Below are positions 32,061 to 40,470 of a stretch of DNA of 64,000 nt, piece by piece. The stretch is from contig JAPLDX010000060.1 of assembly GCA_026391215.1 (NCBI GenBank), forward strand, positions 1-64,000, given 5' to 3'. Under the pieces are notes generated by a model. That model had not been told where the DNA came from. It did no database searches and saw nothing but the letters and a program-made list of their open reading frames with translations. Positions within the stretch are counted from its first letter, which is position 1. Every line of letters begins with the position of its first letter. The translations under genes were made by a program, and so were the position numbers. The stretch comes from Bacteroidia bacterium (GTDB taxonomy: Bacteria; Bacteroidota; Bacteroidia; Bacteroidales; VadinHA17).

Positions 32061-33908
32061 ATGAAAAAGTCATTTCTTCCCTTAATTTTTTTCTTTTTAC
32101 TTTTTACTTTTCCCTTTTTCTTTGACTCCAATGCCCAGATACCACAGGGTATTAATTATCAGGCTGTTGGACATACAAGTACCGGAGCGCCGATTGCGAA
32201 TACCACAATCCAGGTTAAAGCAGCTATTCTCTCCGATACAATAACGCCTGTAATTGTATGGGAGGAGCTCCATTCAACGGTTAAAACAAATGCTAGTGGT
32301 ATTTTCGGCCTTGTCATCGGTACAGGAACAAGACAATCCGGTTCAGCTTCAGCATTCGGCGATATTGACTGGGGTAAAACGGCATTGTACCTTAAAATTC
32401 AATTATATTACCAGAATGCCTGGAAGAATATGGGTATTTCAAGATTATGGTCAGTGCCTTATGCAATGGTTGCTGATGATCTGAGCGGCAGCGTTAAAAA
32501 GCTGGCAGTCACAGGAGAGACAAGCGATATGGAGGAGGCATTGTTTGAGGTAAAAAATAAAGAGGGACAAACAGTTTTTGCAGTATATAATGAAGGAGTC
32601 AGGATATACGTTGATGATGGAGCTAAGGGAGCAAAAGGAGGATTTGCAGTTGGTGGATTCGGAACATCAAAAACCCCGTCACAGAACCTTCTGTATGTCA
32701 GTGCTGACAGTATAAGAGCTTATATTGAAACAGATCCTGCAAAGGGAGCCAAGGGAGGATTTGCAGTAGGCGGATTTGGTACTTCAAAAGGCTTGTCTCA
32801 GGACCTGTTTATTGTCAGTGCAGACAGTATCAGGGCTTATATTGATGCCGGTACGGGAAAGGGCGTAAAAGGAGGATTTGCAGTAGGCGGATTCGGTACT
32901 TCTAAATCTTCTCCTGAAGAATATCTTCGCGTAACGCGTGACAGTACAAGAGTATACCTGGTTGATCCGGGAGTAAAAGGAAACAAAGGAGGCTTTGCAA
33001 TTGGAGGCTATGGCAGTAACAAAGCGGAGGCAGATAATTTTTTCTTTATTAATCCTGACAGTTCCAGGTTTTATGTGAGAAAACTGTCTCCCACATCGTC
33101 AAGCACATTCGACATTATCGGGTTCAATCAAAGCCTGAGTCGGAAATCATTGCTTTCTGCAAATGCAGATACTGTTGATATACAAGGAGTCCTGACCCTG
33201 CAGAACGATCTTATCGTGGAAGGCAATATAAATTTGGGGGGAAATGTAAAACCTATAGCTAAAGCAGCTGTTGATGGTGATGGGAATACTTATCCAACGG
33301 TTATTCTGGGAAACCAGGTATGGATGGCTGAAAATCTCAGGACAACAAGATATAGTAATGGTAACTTAATTGGTACAACAACTCTTCCCGGGGATACTAT
33401 TTACTTTCTGACCGAACCAAAATACCAGTGGCCTTATTCAGGCATTGAAGGGTATGCAGCTGCATATGGAAGGCTATATACATGGTACGCCGCAACCGAC
33501 ACACGTAATATATGTCCCACGGGTTATCATCTTCCGAATAATGCTGAATGGGATGAATTACTTCTGTATCTGGAAGACAATGGTTACGGATACGGAGGCA
33601 GCGGGACTGAAATAGCCAAATCAATGGCTTCAAGAATCGGATGGAATCCGGACTTAACTGCTGCAAGTAACGTAGGTAATACTCCGACAGCAAACAATTC
33701 AAGCGGATTCAGCGGCATGCCCGGAGGCTTCCGCGACTCTTATGGCTTGATTTTTACAGACATAGGTAATTCTGTTTACTGGTGGTCTTCAACTTTGTCT
33801 GAAGGATCATATGCTTACAGTTTAAATTACGCTAACAGTTATGTGACACTTTCGTCATATGAACAGTCAAACGGCTATTCTATCCGTTGTGTCCAGGACA
33901 ATAAATGA
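32061..33908 (+). CDS. Fibre-like FISUMP domain protein 2 (4 GGFAVGG repeats)
   Basis: Signal peptide; QIPQGINYQAV N-domain; repeats; QVWMAENL, YGRLYTW, CPTGYHLP, GYSIRCV. Confidence 0.88.
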   Translation: MKKSFLPLIFFFLLFTFPFFFDSNAQIPQGINYQAVGHTSTGAPIANTTIQVKAAILSDTITPVIVWEELHSTVKTNASGIFGLVIGTGTRQSGSASAFGDIDWGKTALYLKIQLYYQNAWKNMGISRLWSVPYAMVADDLSGSVKKLAVTGETSDMEEALFEVKNKEGQTVFAVYNEGVRIYVDDGAKGAKGGFAVGGFGTSKTPSQNLLYVSADSIRAYIETDPAKGAKGGFAVGGFGTSKGLSQDLFIVSADSIRAYIDAGTGKGVKGGFAVGGFGTSKSSPEEYLRVTRDSTRVYLVDPGVKGNKGGFAIGGYGSNKAEADNFFFINPDSSRFYVRKLSPTSSSTFDIIGFNQSLSRKSLLSANADTVDIQGVLTLQNDLIVEGNINLGGNVKPIAKAAVDGDGNTYPTVILGNQVWMAENLRTTRYSNGNLIGTTTLPGDTIYFLTEPKYQWPYSGIEGYAAAYGRLYTWYAATDTRNICPTGYHLPNNAEWDELLLYLEDNGYGYGGSGTEIAKSMASRIGWNPDLTAASNVGNTPTANNSSGFSGMPGGFRDSYGLIFTDIGNSVYWWSSTLSEGSYAYSLNYANSYVTLSSYEQSNGYSIRCVQDNK

Positions 33909-33924
33909 GAAACCAGATACTCAA

Positions 33925-35865
33925 ATGAGAAAAGTAATTCTTGTTTTAGCTAGTTCAGGATTATGTATCCTGACTCTGGCACAGGTGCCACAGGGTTTTA
34001 ACTATCAGGCAGTCGCACATACCAGTACTGGAGCGCCGATAGCGAATACCACTATACAGGTTAAAGCAGCTATTCTTTCTGATACAATAACGCCTGTTGT
34101 TGTATGGGAAGAGCTTCATTCAACAGTTAAGACAAATGCAAGTGGCGTATTCAGCCTTGTCATCGGTACGGGAACAAAACAATCCGGTTCAGCATCAGCC
34201 TTCAATGAAGTTGACTGGACAATCCCTCCGCTATTCATTAAAATTCAGGTTAACTACCAGGGTTCATGGAGGAGCATGGGATCAGCAAAACTGTGGACAG
34301 TGCCTTATGCTATGGTAGCGGATGATCTTACCGGCAGTGTAAAGAAACTGGCGGTCACGGGAGAAACCAGCGATATGGAGGAAGCATTGTTTGAGGTAAA
34401 GAATAAAGAAGGGCAGACTGTTTTTGCAGTATATAATGAAGGAGTGAGAATATATGTTGATGATGGTGCAAAAGGAGCAAAAGGAGGATTTGCTATAGGC
34501 GGATTCGGTTCGGCAAAAACTCCATCCCGGGATCTCTTTGTTGTCAATCCTGACAGTGTAAGGGTATATATTGACACTGAAACAGGGAAAGGTGCAAAAG
34601 GAGGATTTGCGATAGGTGGATTCAGCAGTTCTAAGCCTATACCTGAAGAATACCTTCGTGTAACACGTGATAGTACAAGAGTATACCTGAACGATGAAAC
34701 AAAAGGAACAAAGGGTGGCTTTGCAATAGGCGGTTTCGGTAACTCAAAAAGCTTGCCGGGCGGATATATGCTGATACATCCTGACAGTACAAGATTCTAT
34801 GTAAGGGAGTCCGGTTCAGGAATCTCCTCCACATTCAATATAATCGGAATCAAACTTGATAATACATTGACATCACTTATGACAGCCAGTACAGATACTG
34901 TTGGAATAGGCGGAGTATTGAACGTACAGAATAATTTGACTGTTACCGGTGATATCAGTTATACAGGAGAGGTTAATTCGATTGTTCCTGAAGTTGTAAC
35001 GATAGAATATTTTAATGAAACTGACACTTCAGCCATGGTAACGGGCGAAATTATAAGCAACGGAGGCAAACCTGTTATCACCAGCGGGATAGTATGGAGC
35101 ACTTCTCCGGGCCCAACCATTGACTTGACCACAAAAACAACTGACGGAACCCTGACAGGGCAGTTTACAAGTACGATGTCAGAATTAACTGAACTCACTA
35201 CTTATTATGTCAGGGCTTATGCTATTAATGAAAATGGAACAGGTTACGGCAATGAAATTACAGTTACAACCGTTGGTGTGGTTTTTGACATTGACGGTAA
35301 CTGGTATATTGCTAGTATTGCCGGAACCCAGATCTGGTTACTTCAGAACCTGAAGGTTACGCATCTGAATGATGGTACTCCTATTGACAATGTAACTGAC
35401 CAAGCTATCTGGATGTCGCTTTCAACACCAGGATACGCATGGTATAACAATGACGCTGTTACATATGCTGACTATGGATTGCTATATAACTGGGCAACAG
35501 TCAATACAGGCTCTCTTTGTCCTGCCGGGTACCATGTTCCATCAGAAGCAGAGCTTTCAACTGTTATTGCATGGTTAGGAGGACCACTGGTAGCAGGTGG
35601 TTCCTTTAAGGAAACAGGCACTACACACTGGCTCGATCCAAATACCGGTGCAGAAAACACTGATTTTGGTTTTGCAGGTCTGCCAGGTGGATTGCGCGAT
35701 TATATGGGATTTTTCTCAGGAATTGGGGAGAATTGTAACATGTGGACCTCAACACGAGTAGCATCTGATCCGACATATACAAGTGTATACTACAACAGTG
35801 CCGAAATCTTTGTTCAGACAATGATGCAGGGTGCCGGTATGTCGATCCGCTGTCTGAAGGATTGA
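33925..35865 (+). CDS. Fibre-like FISUMP domain protein 3 (3 GGFAIGG repeats, FN3-like domain)
   Basis: Signal peptide from MRKVIL (33925); same N-domain; TTYYVRAYA FN3-like domain; YGLLYNW, CPAGYHVPS, GMSIRCLKD. Confidence 0.88.
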   Translation: MRKVILVLASSGLCILTLAQVPQGFNYQAVAHTSTGAPIANTTIQVKAAILSDTITPVVVWEELHSTVKTNASGVFSLVIGTGTKQSGSASAFNEVDWTIPPLFIKIQVNYQGSWRSMGSAKLWTVPYAMVADDLTGSVKKLAVTGETSDMEEALFEVKNKEGQTVFAVYNEGVRIYVDDGAKGAKGGFAIGGFGSAKTPSRDLFVVNPDSVRVYIDTETGKGAKGGFAIGGFSSSKPIPEEYLRVTRDSTRVYLNDETKGTKGGFAIGGFGNSKSLPGGYMLIHPDSTRFYVRESGSGISSTFNIIGIKLDNTLTSLMTASTDTVGIGGVLNVQNNLTVTGDISYTGEVNSIVPEVVTIEYFNETDTSAMVTGEIISNGGKPVITSGIVWSTSPGPTIDLTTKTTDGTLTGQFTSTMSELTELTTYYVRAYAINENGTGYGNEITVTTVGVVFDIDGNWYIASIAGTQIWLLQNLKVTHLNDGTPIDNVTDQAIWMSLSTPGYAWYNNDAVTYADYGLLYNWATVNTGSLCPAGYHVPSEAELSTVIAWLGGPLVAGGSFKETGTTHWLDPNTGAENTDFGFAGLPGGLRDYMGFFSGIGENCNMWTSTRVASDPTYTSVYYNSAEIFVQTMMQGAGMSIRCLKD

Positions 35866-35896
35866 AATATACAATAATCAGCGAAAGCAATAAAGT

Positions 35897-35928
35897 GAAA
35901 AGTCCGACGGAGAGCGGACTTTTCTTAT
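35897..35928 (+). terminator. Intrinsic terminator
   Basis: GAAAAGTCCG...CGGACTTTTCTT hairpin. Confidence 0.7.
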
Positions 35929-36189
35929 TGGAGGTGAGTACATGGTAATAAGTAGAGGGATTATTTCATGATCCCATTCCGGAGAACCAGCAGAGCTTAA
36001 ATGACCCTTTGGGTCGGGATTATTCGCTTCGCTCATGATCCCTCACGGGGAGGCTTCAAAGGCATCAGACCAGTCCGCTCTGCGAGCGGTTTTTGTTTTA
36101 TTCAAAGCCCTCACCCATGCATGCATGGTTCGGTCTTTTCATAAAACAAAAATCCCGCAGCGAAAGCTACGGGACTGGCCTGATGACTT

Positions 36190-36281
36190 TGGCGGAGAAA
36201 GAGGGATTCGAACCCCCGATGCCGTGGATACAGCATAACGGTTTTCAAGACCGCCGCATTCGACCGCTCTGCCATTTCTCC
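36190..36281 (-). tRNA. tRNA-Ser(TGA)
   Basis: Minus strand GGAGAAATGGCAGAGCGGTCGAATGCGGCGGTCTTGAAAACCG...GGGGGTTCGAATCCCTCTTTCTCCGCCA; long variable arm; encoded CCA. Confidence 0.96.
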
Positions 36282-36324
36282 TTTCATCCTCCGAAGCCTT
36301 GGTAAAGGAGGATTATTTTCGCCG

Positions 36325-36332
36325 CAAATATA
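36325..36332 (-). promoter_or_regulatory. Bacteroidota -7 promoter element for tRNA-Ser
   Basis: TATATTTG on the minus strand ~45 bp upstream of the tRNA. Confidence 0.55.
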
Positions 36333-36559
36333 ATGTATTTTTAATTTTATAGAATTTTATTTTTTTTAATATTGAGTAAAAGTTTGAAAATCAGGGTTAT
36401 ATAAACATTATTAACAGGATGTAAACAAAAATTGACTTGGTTTTGTGCTCAAACTGCCGACTGTTGCGAAAGTGCGACATTAACCATATTTTTAACTTTC
36501 GTCCAAAAAAATGAGTATTTTAACCTAAAAACCCCACTATTTGTGGAAAAACGACAAAA

Positions 36560-36594
36560 TAAATTTGCATATGAATTAAAATGGAATAAATTTG
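36560..36594 (+). promoter_or_regulatory. Bacteroidota promoter (-33 TTTG / -7 TAAATTTG) for HU
   Basis: TTTG at 36564 and TAAATTTG at 36587. Confidence 0.6.
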
Positions 36595-36637
36595 TATTTA
36601 ATAATTAAAATGGTCTAACCTTTAATTTTTATTAATT

Positions 36638-36907
36638 ATGACAAAGAAAGATTTAGTTGCTGCTATTGCAAAAGATTCAACCCTTACAGTTAAAGATGCA
36701 GGGAAAGCTCTGAATTCATTCGTTACTTCAGTTGGAAAAGCTATGAAAAAAGGCCAGAGGCTCCAGCTTCCTGGTCTGGGTACTTTTAAAGTAGTTAAGA
36801 GAAGTGCCAGAGTGGTCCGCAATCCGCGTACCGGTGCAAAACTTAACGTTCCCGCAAAGAAAGTTGTTAAATTCAAAGCAGCTCCTGCTCTCGACAAAGG
36901 TCTTTAA
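36638..36907 (+). CDS. hup: HU family DNA-binding protein
   Basis: MTKKDLV..., GLGTFKV, RNPRTG and VKFKA motifs; 89 aa. Confidence 0.95.
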   Translation: MTKKDLVAAIAKDSTLTVKDAGKALNSFVTSVGKAMKKGQRLQLPGLGTFKVVKRSARVVRNPRTGAKLNVPAKKVVKFKAAPALDKGL

Positions 36908-36928
36908 TCTTTAAACAATGAGATTGCT

Positions 36929-36956
36929 AAAGGGGTGTTTGATCACCCCTTTTTTT
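36929..36956 (+). terminator. Intrinsic terminator
   Basis: AAAGGGGTG...CACCCCTTTTTTT. Confidence 0.8.
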
Positions 36957-37080
36957 ATATCCATACCCATCATCACAAACCGGAAAAAATTAAAAGAAAT
37001 TCAACTAAAATCCGAATGATAAAATTTGTGAAAGTTTTTTATTATTTTTGATTTTAATAACCCGGACTAAATCGTGACTG

Positions 37081-37788
37081 ATGAATTGTATTATTGTCGA
37101 CGACGATAAGATGAGTTGTAAGATACTGGAAGGTTATGTGAGCAAATCAACCTCACTTAACCTGATAGGTACTTTCAATGATTCCGTCGACGCAAGGAAC
37201 ATCTTAACAAAACGCCAGGACATTGACCTGATAATACTGGACATCCAGATGCCGGAAATGGATGGCTTCGACTTTATAGGAAGCCTCGAAAACCCTCCTA
37301 ATATAATAATAGTATCATCGGCAGAACAATATGCCGTGAAAGCTTTCGACTTTAACGTTGTCGACTACCTGCTTAAACCCGTCTCTTATGGGAGATTCTG
37401 TAAAGCAATCGACAAATCCATCAGGTACTTTTCGCGTAAAGAAGTAACCAATACAGGCGACGAGGAAATATTCATAAAGAAGGGCTCATCACTTGTTAAA
37501 CTGAAACTGAAGGACATTATATATATAGAAGCTCTTGAAAACTATGTTACCCTGACAACCAATGATGATAAATTCACAATCCACTTTACGATGAAAGCTA
37601 TCGAGAACCAGCTGCCTTCAGGTATCTTCATCAGGGTTCACAGATCATACATTATCAATAAGAGCATGATCCAGACAATTAAGGAGAATTCACTCGATCT
37701 TATAGTCGGAGATTCTTTGAAAAGCATACCCGTCGGCAAATCGTTCAGAGATACTCTTCTGAATGATATAAATGTAATGGCCAGATAA
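37081..37788 (+). CDS. LytTR family response regulator (orphan)
   Basis: IVDDD, LDIQMP, DYLLKP; FIRVHRSYIIN. Confidence 0.93.
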   Translation: MNCIIVDDDKMSCKILEGYVSKSTSLNLIGTFNDSVDARNILTKRQDIDLIILDIQMPEMDGFDFIGSLENPPNIIIVSSAEQYAVKAFDFNVVDYLLKPVSYGRFCKAIDKSIRYFSRKEVTNTGDEEIFIKKGSSLVKLKLKDIIYIEALENYVTLTTNDDKFTIHFTMKAIENQLPSGIFIRVHRSYIINKSMIQTIKENSLDLIVGDSLKSIPVGKSFRDTLLNDINVMAR

Positions 37789-37801
37789 CATCTTTTCTCA
37801 C

Positions 37802-39007
37802 ATGCTTACCAATCGTCAACTCTTCCTCAGTTACCTTGGGCAGACCTCGGCTGAACCATTGATGCTCGAGATATCCAGGGCCGAAGGTGTTTTTTTATAT
37901 GGCCCTTCAGGAGAAAAATACATTGACCTCATCTCCGGTGTGTCAGTGAGCAATACGGGTCACAGGCATCCCCGCGTTACTGAAGCCATAAAAAAGCAAA
38001 CAGATTCCTACCTCCATCTGATGGTTTACGGCGAGATGATACAGAGCCCCCAGGTTGAATATGCTGCACTACTGTCCTCAATACTTCCTTCCACTCTCAA
38101 TAACTGCTATTTTGTAAATTCAGGAAGTGAAGCTGTCGAGGGTGCACTGAAACTTGCCAAGAGATATACAGGGAAAAGCAGGATAATCTATTTTAATAAT
38201 GCTTACCATGGGAGCACACATGGAGCCCTCAGTATCCAGGGAAGTGAAAAGTACCGGGGTGCCTTCAGACCATTGCTGCCTGATACCCTGCAGATAAGCT
38301 TTAACGATCTTTCATCACTGGATGCTATTAATAAGGATACAGCCTGCGTGATCATAGAGCCTGTTCAGGGTGAAGCCGGGGTAATTTATCCGGTAAAGGG
38401 CTTTCTTGAAAAGATAAGGAATAGATGTTCCGAAAACGACGCGCTGCTTGTCTTTGATGAAGCGCAGACAGGATTCGGAAGGACAGGATTCATGTTCGCC
38501 ATCGACAGGTTCGGGATTGTTCCCGACATAGTTGTGCTGGCAAAAGCCCTTGGCGGCGGAATGCCCCTTGGTGCATTTATTTCATCAAAAGAGATAATGT
38601 CATCACTGATAGCGAATCCGCAACTTGGACATATTACAACTTTCGGAGGGCATCCGGTATGCTGCGCAGCAGGTCTTGCATCACTTAAAGTGATAATGGA
38701 AGAAAACCTGGTCGCAAAATGTAACACCAGGTCAGCAATCTTTAAAAGGGAACTTGTCCATCCGCTGATAAAAGAGGTCAGGGGGGAAGGACTCCTCCTG
38801 GCAATAAGGCTCACTGAATCCCGTTTTGTTCAGTATGCGATCAAATACGCTCCTTCTTATGGAATCATTCTTGACTATTTTCTTTTTTGTGATAATGCCT
38901 TCAGGATAGCTCCGCCTCTGATTATCAGTGAAGAAGAGATACTTACAGCCTGCAGGCAGGTGAAATTACTGCTCGATGATGCAATGAGAAACGCTGCAAA
39001 TGGATGA
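37802..39007 (+). CDS. Class III PLP aminotransferase (acetylornithine aminotransferase-like)
   Basis: NSGSEAVEGALK, YHGSTHG, DEAQTGFGRTG, AKALGGG, TFGG. Confidence 0.9.
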   Translation: MLTNRQLFLSYLGQTSAEPLMLEISRAEGVFLYGPSGEKYIDLISGVSVSNTGHRHPRVTEAIKKQTDSYLHLMVYGEMIQSPQVEYAALLSSILPSTLNNCYFVNSGSEAVEGALKLAKRYTGKSRIIYFNNAYHGSTHGALSIQGSEKYRGAFRPLLPDTLQISFNDLSSLDAINKDTACVIIEPVQGEAGVIYPVKGFLEKIRNRCSENDALLVFDEAQTGFGRTGFMFAIDRFGIVPDIVVLAKALGGGMPLGAFISSKEIMSSLIANPQLGHITTFGGHPVCCAAGLASLKVIMEENLVAKCNTRSAIFKRELVHPLIKEVRGEGLLLAIRLTESRFVQYAIKYAPSYGIILDYFLFCDNAFRIAPPLIISEEEILTACRQVKLLLDDAMRNAANG

Positions 39008-39831
39008 AACAGAAAGTACTATATATAATTATTGTTGTTCTCCTTCTGATCCCGGCAATACAAGGCAAGGCACAGGTACCGGGCTCAGACGAGCTGCTGG
39101 GAGATCTCTTCCCCCGGATACTGGATACCAGGAATGATGCTGAACGCCTCAGAATAAACGACTCAATAAAACTAATTATTGACAGCTATGTCACTTCCGA
39201 TGTGATATTCACTCACCGGTTTGAAAATCTGCGCTACCTGGGACAGATTCTGTCTCCCGATTCACGTATTAAGATCATCACATGGAACCTGATCCTGACC
39301 GACGGTACCAACAGGTATTTCTGCTATTTCATCAGGAAGGGTGAAAAGGGAAAGGAGAACACTGTTTACCATCTGGAGGGAACAAATATGGATGAAGCGC
39401 CCCGGACTGACAAAACCTATACAGCAAAAGAATGGTACGGAGCGCTATATTACGGTATTCAGCCTTTCAGGAGCGATAAAGAAATTTATTATATAGTGCT
39501 TGGCCTTGATTATGGCAGTTTATCGTTAACCAGGAAGATAATAGATGTAATAAACTTTACCGATGAAGGCGGAATAATATTCGGTAAAAAGTGTTTTTTC
39601 AGGGACTATGAAACAAAACAAAGAGAGGTCCTTGAATACTCGGCAGAAGGTATTGTTACATTGAGGTTCCATAATAAGAAAACAATTATTTTTGATCACC
39701 TTGTTCCGATTTCACGGGGACAGCAGAACAATCCGGAAAATTACGGCGCCGAATTTTCATTTGACGCATATATCCTTAAAAAAGGATTGTGGAGATTTGT
39801 AAAAAATGTTGATGTGAAGAACAAGCAATAA
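39004..39831 (+). CDS. Conserved secreted hypothetical protein
   Basis: Signal peptide; WYGALYY and IIFDHL motifs. Confidence 0.8.
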   Translation: MKQKVLYIIIVVLLLIPAIQGKAQVPGSDELLGDLFPRILDTRNDAERLRINDSIKLIIDSYVTSDVIFTHRFENLRYLGQILSPDSRIKIITWNLILTDGTNRYFCYFIRKGEKGKENTVYHLEGTNMDEAPRTDKTYTAKEWYGALYYGIQPFRSDKEIYYIVLGLDYGSLSLTRKIIDVINFTDEGGIIFGKKCFFRDYETKQREVLEYSAEGIVTLRFHNKKTIIFDHLVPISRGQQNNPENYGAEFSFDAYILKKGLWRFVKNVDVKNKQ

Positions 39832-39855
39832 ATATCTTTAATACTTTTGATTCGT

Positions 39856-40374
39856 ATGGCCAAAACAAGAATGACATTTCTGATCTGTTATGATGATCAC
39901 CGCAGCTTCACGGAGGATGTAAAAAAAAGATTTACAGATGCTTCCAGATACCAGGTGATCTCATTCCATGCGAAGCAGGATTTCCTGTCATATTTCATGA
40001 AAGAGGCAGAGAACAGTTCATGCAAAGTGGCTATTATCGGGGTCCCGGATGCCAGGGAACAGTTTGAATCAATAGAAGAACTGACACTCGAGATAAAAAA
40101 GGTGGATCAGAAAACAGGCCTTATTCTTCTTGTGGCCCCGGATAAAATTGATGATCTGAAAAAGACGGTCAGGTTCAATATAGATGCATATATTCCCAGA
40201 AATGCAAATTCCATCCTCCGTATTCATAATACGGTGAAGAAGCTTTTCAGTGAGCACAATATCGCCATCTACAGGAATAAAAGAAATTTCTCGCTGTATG
40301 TTGTGCTGGCATTTCTGGTGCTGGCAGTAGTACTGATCATCGTGGCATTTTTCCGGTTTCCGGAGTATTTTTAA
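39856..40374 (+). CDS. Receiver-like domain protein with C-terminal TM helix
   Basis: ICYDDH start; AYIPRN at the K-P position; hydrophobic C-terminus. Confidence 0.65.
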   Translation: MAKTRMTFLICYDDHRSFTEDVKKRFTDASRYQVISFHAKQDFLSYFMKEAENSSCKVAIIGVPDAREQFESIEELTLEIKKVDQKTGLILLVAPDKIDDLKKTVRFNIDAYIPRNANSILRIHNTVKKLFSEHNIAIYRNKRNFSLYVVLAFLVLAVVLIIVAFFRFPEYF

Positions 40375-40470
40375 ATTCAGCCTTGTGACTATTTGTCAGT
40401 AATTTTCACTGGCACACCTTTTGCCAGTGACGGGCTGATAATTCATGTTCAATTATAAAACCAGAATAAT

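Noticed and set aside
29550-35865. Diversity-generating retroelement targeting the FISUMP tips
   Set aside because: No reverse transcriptase and no near-identical template repeat in the window; differences between tips are not confined to adenines. A remote DGR cannot be excluded.
36035-36305. Two short ORFs
   Set aside because: They are antisense to tRNA-Ser and its terminator region
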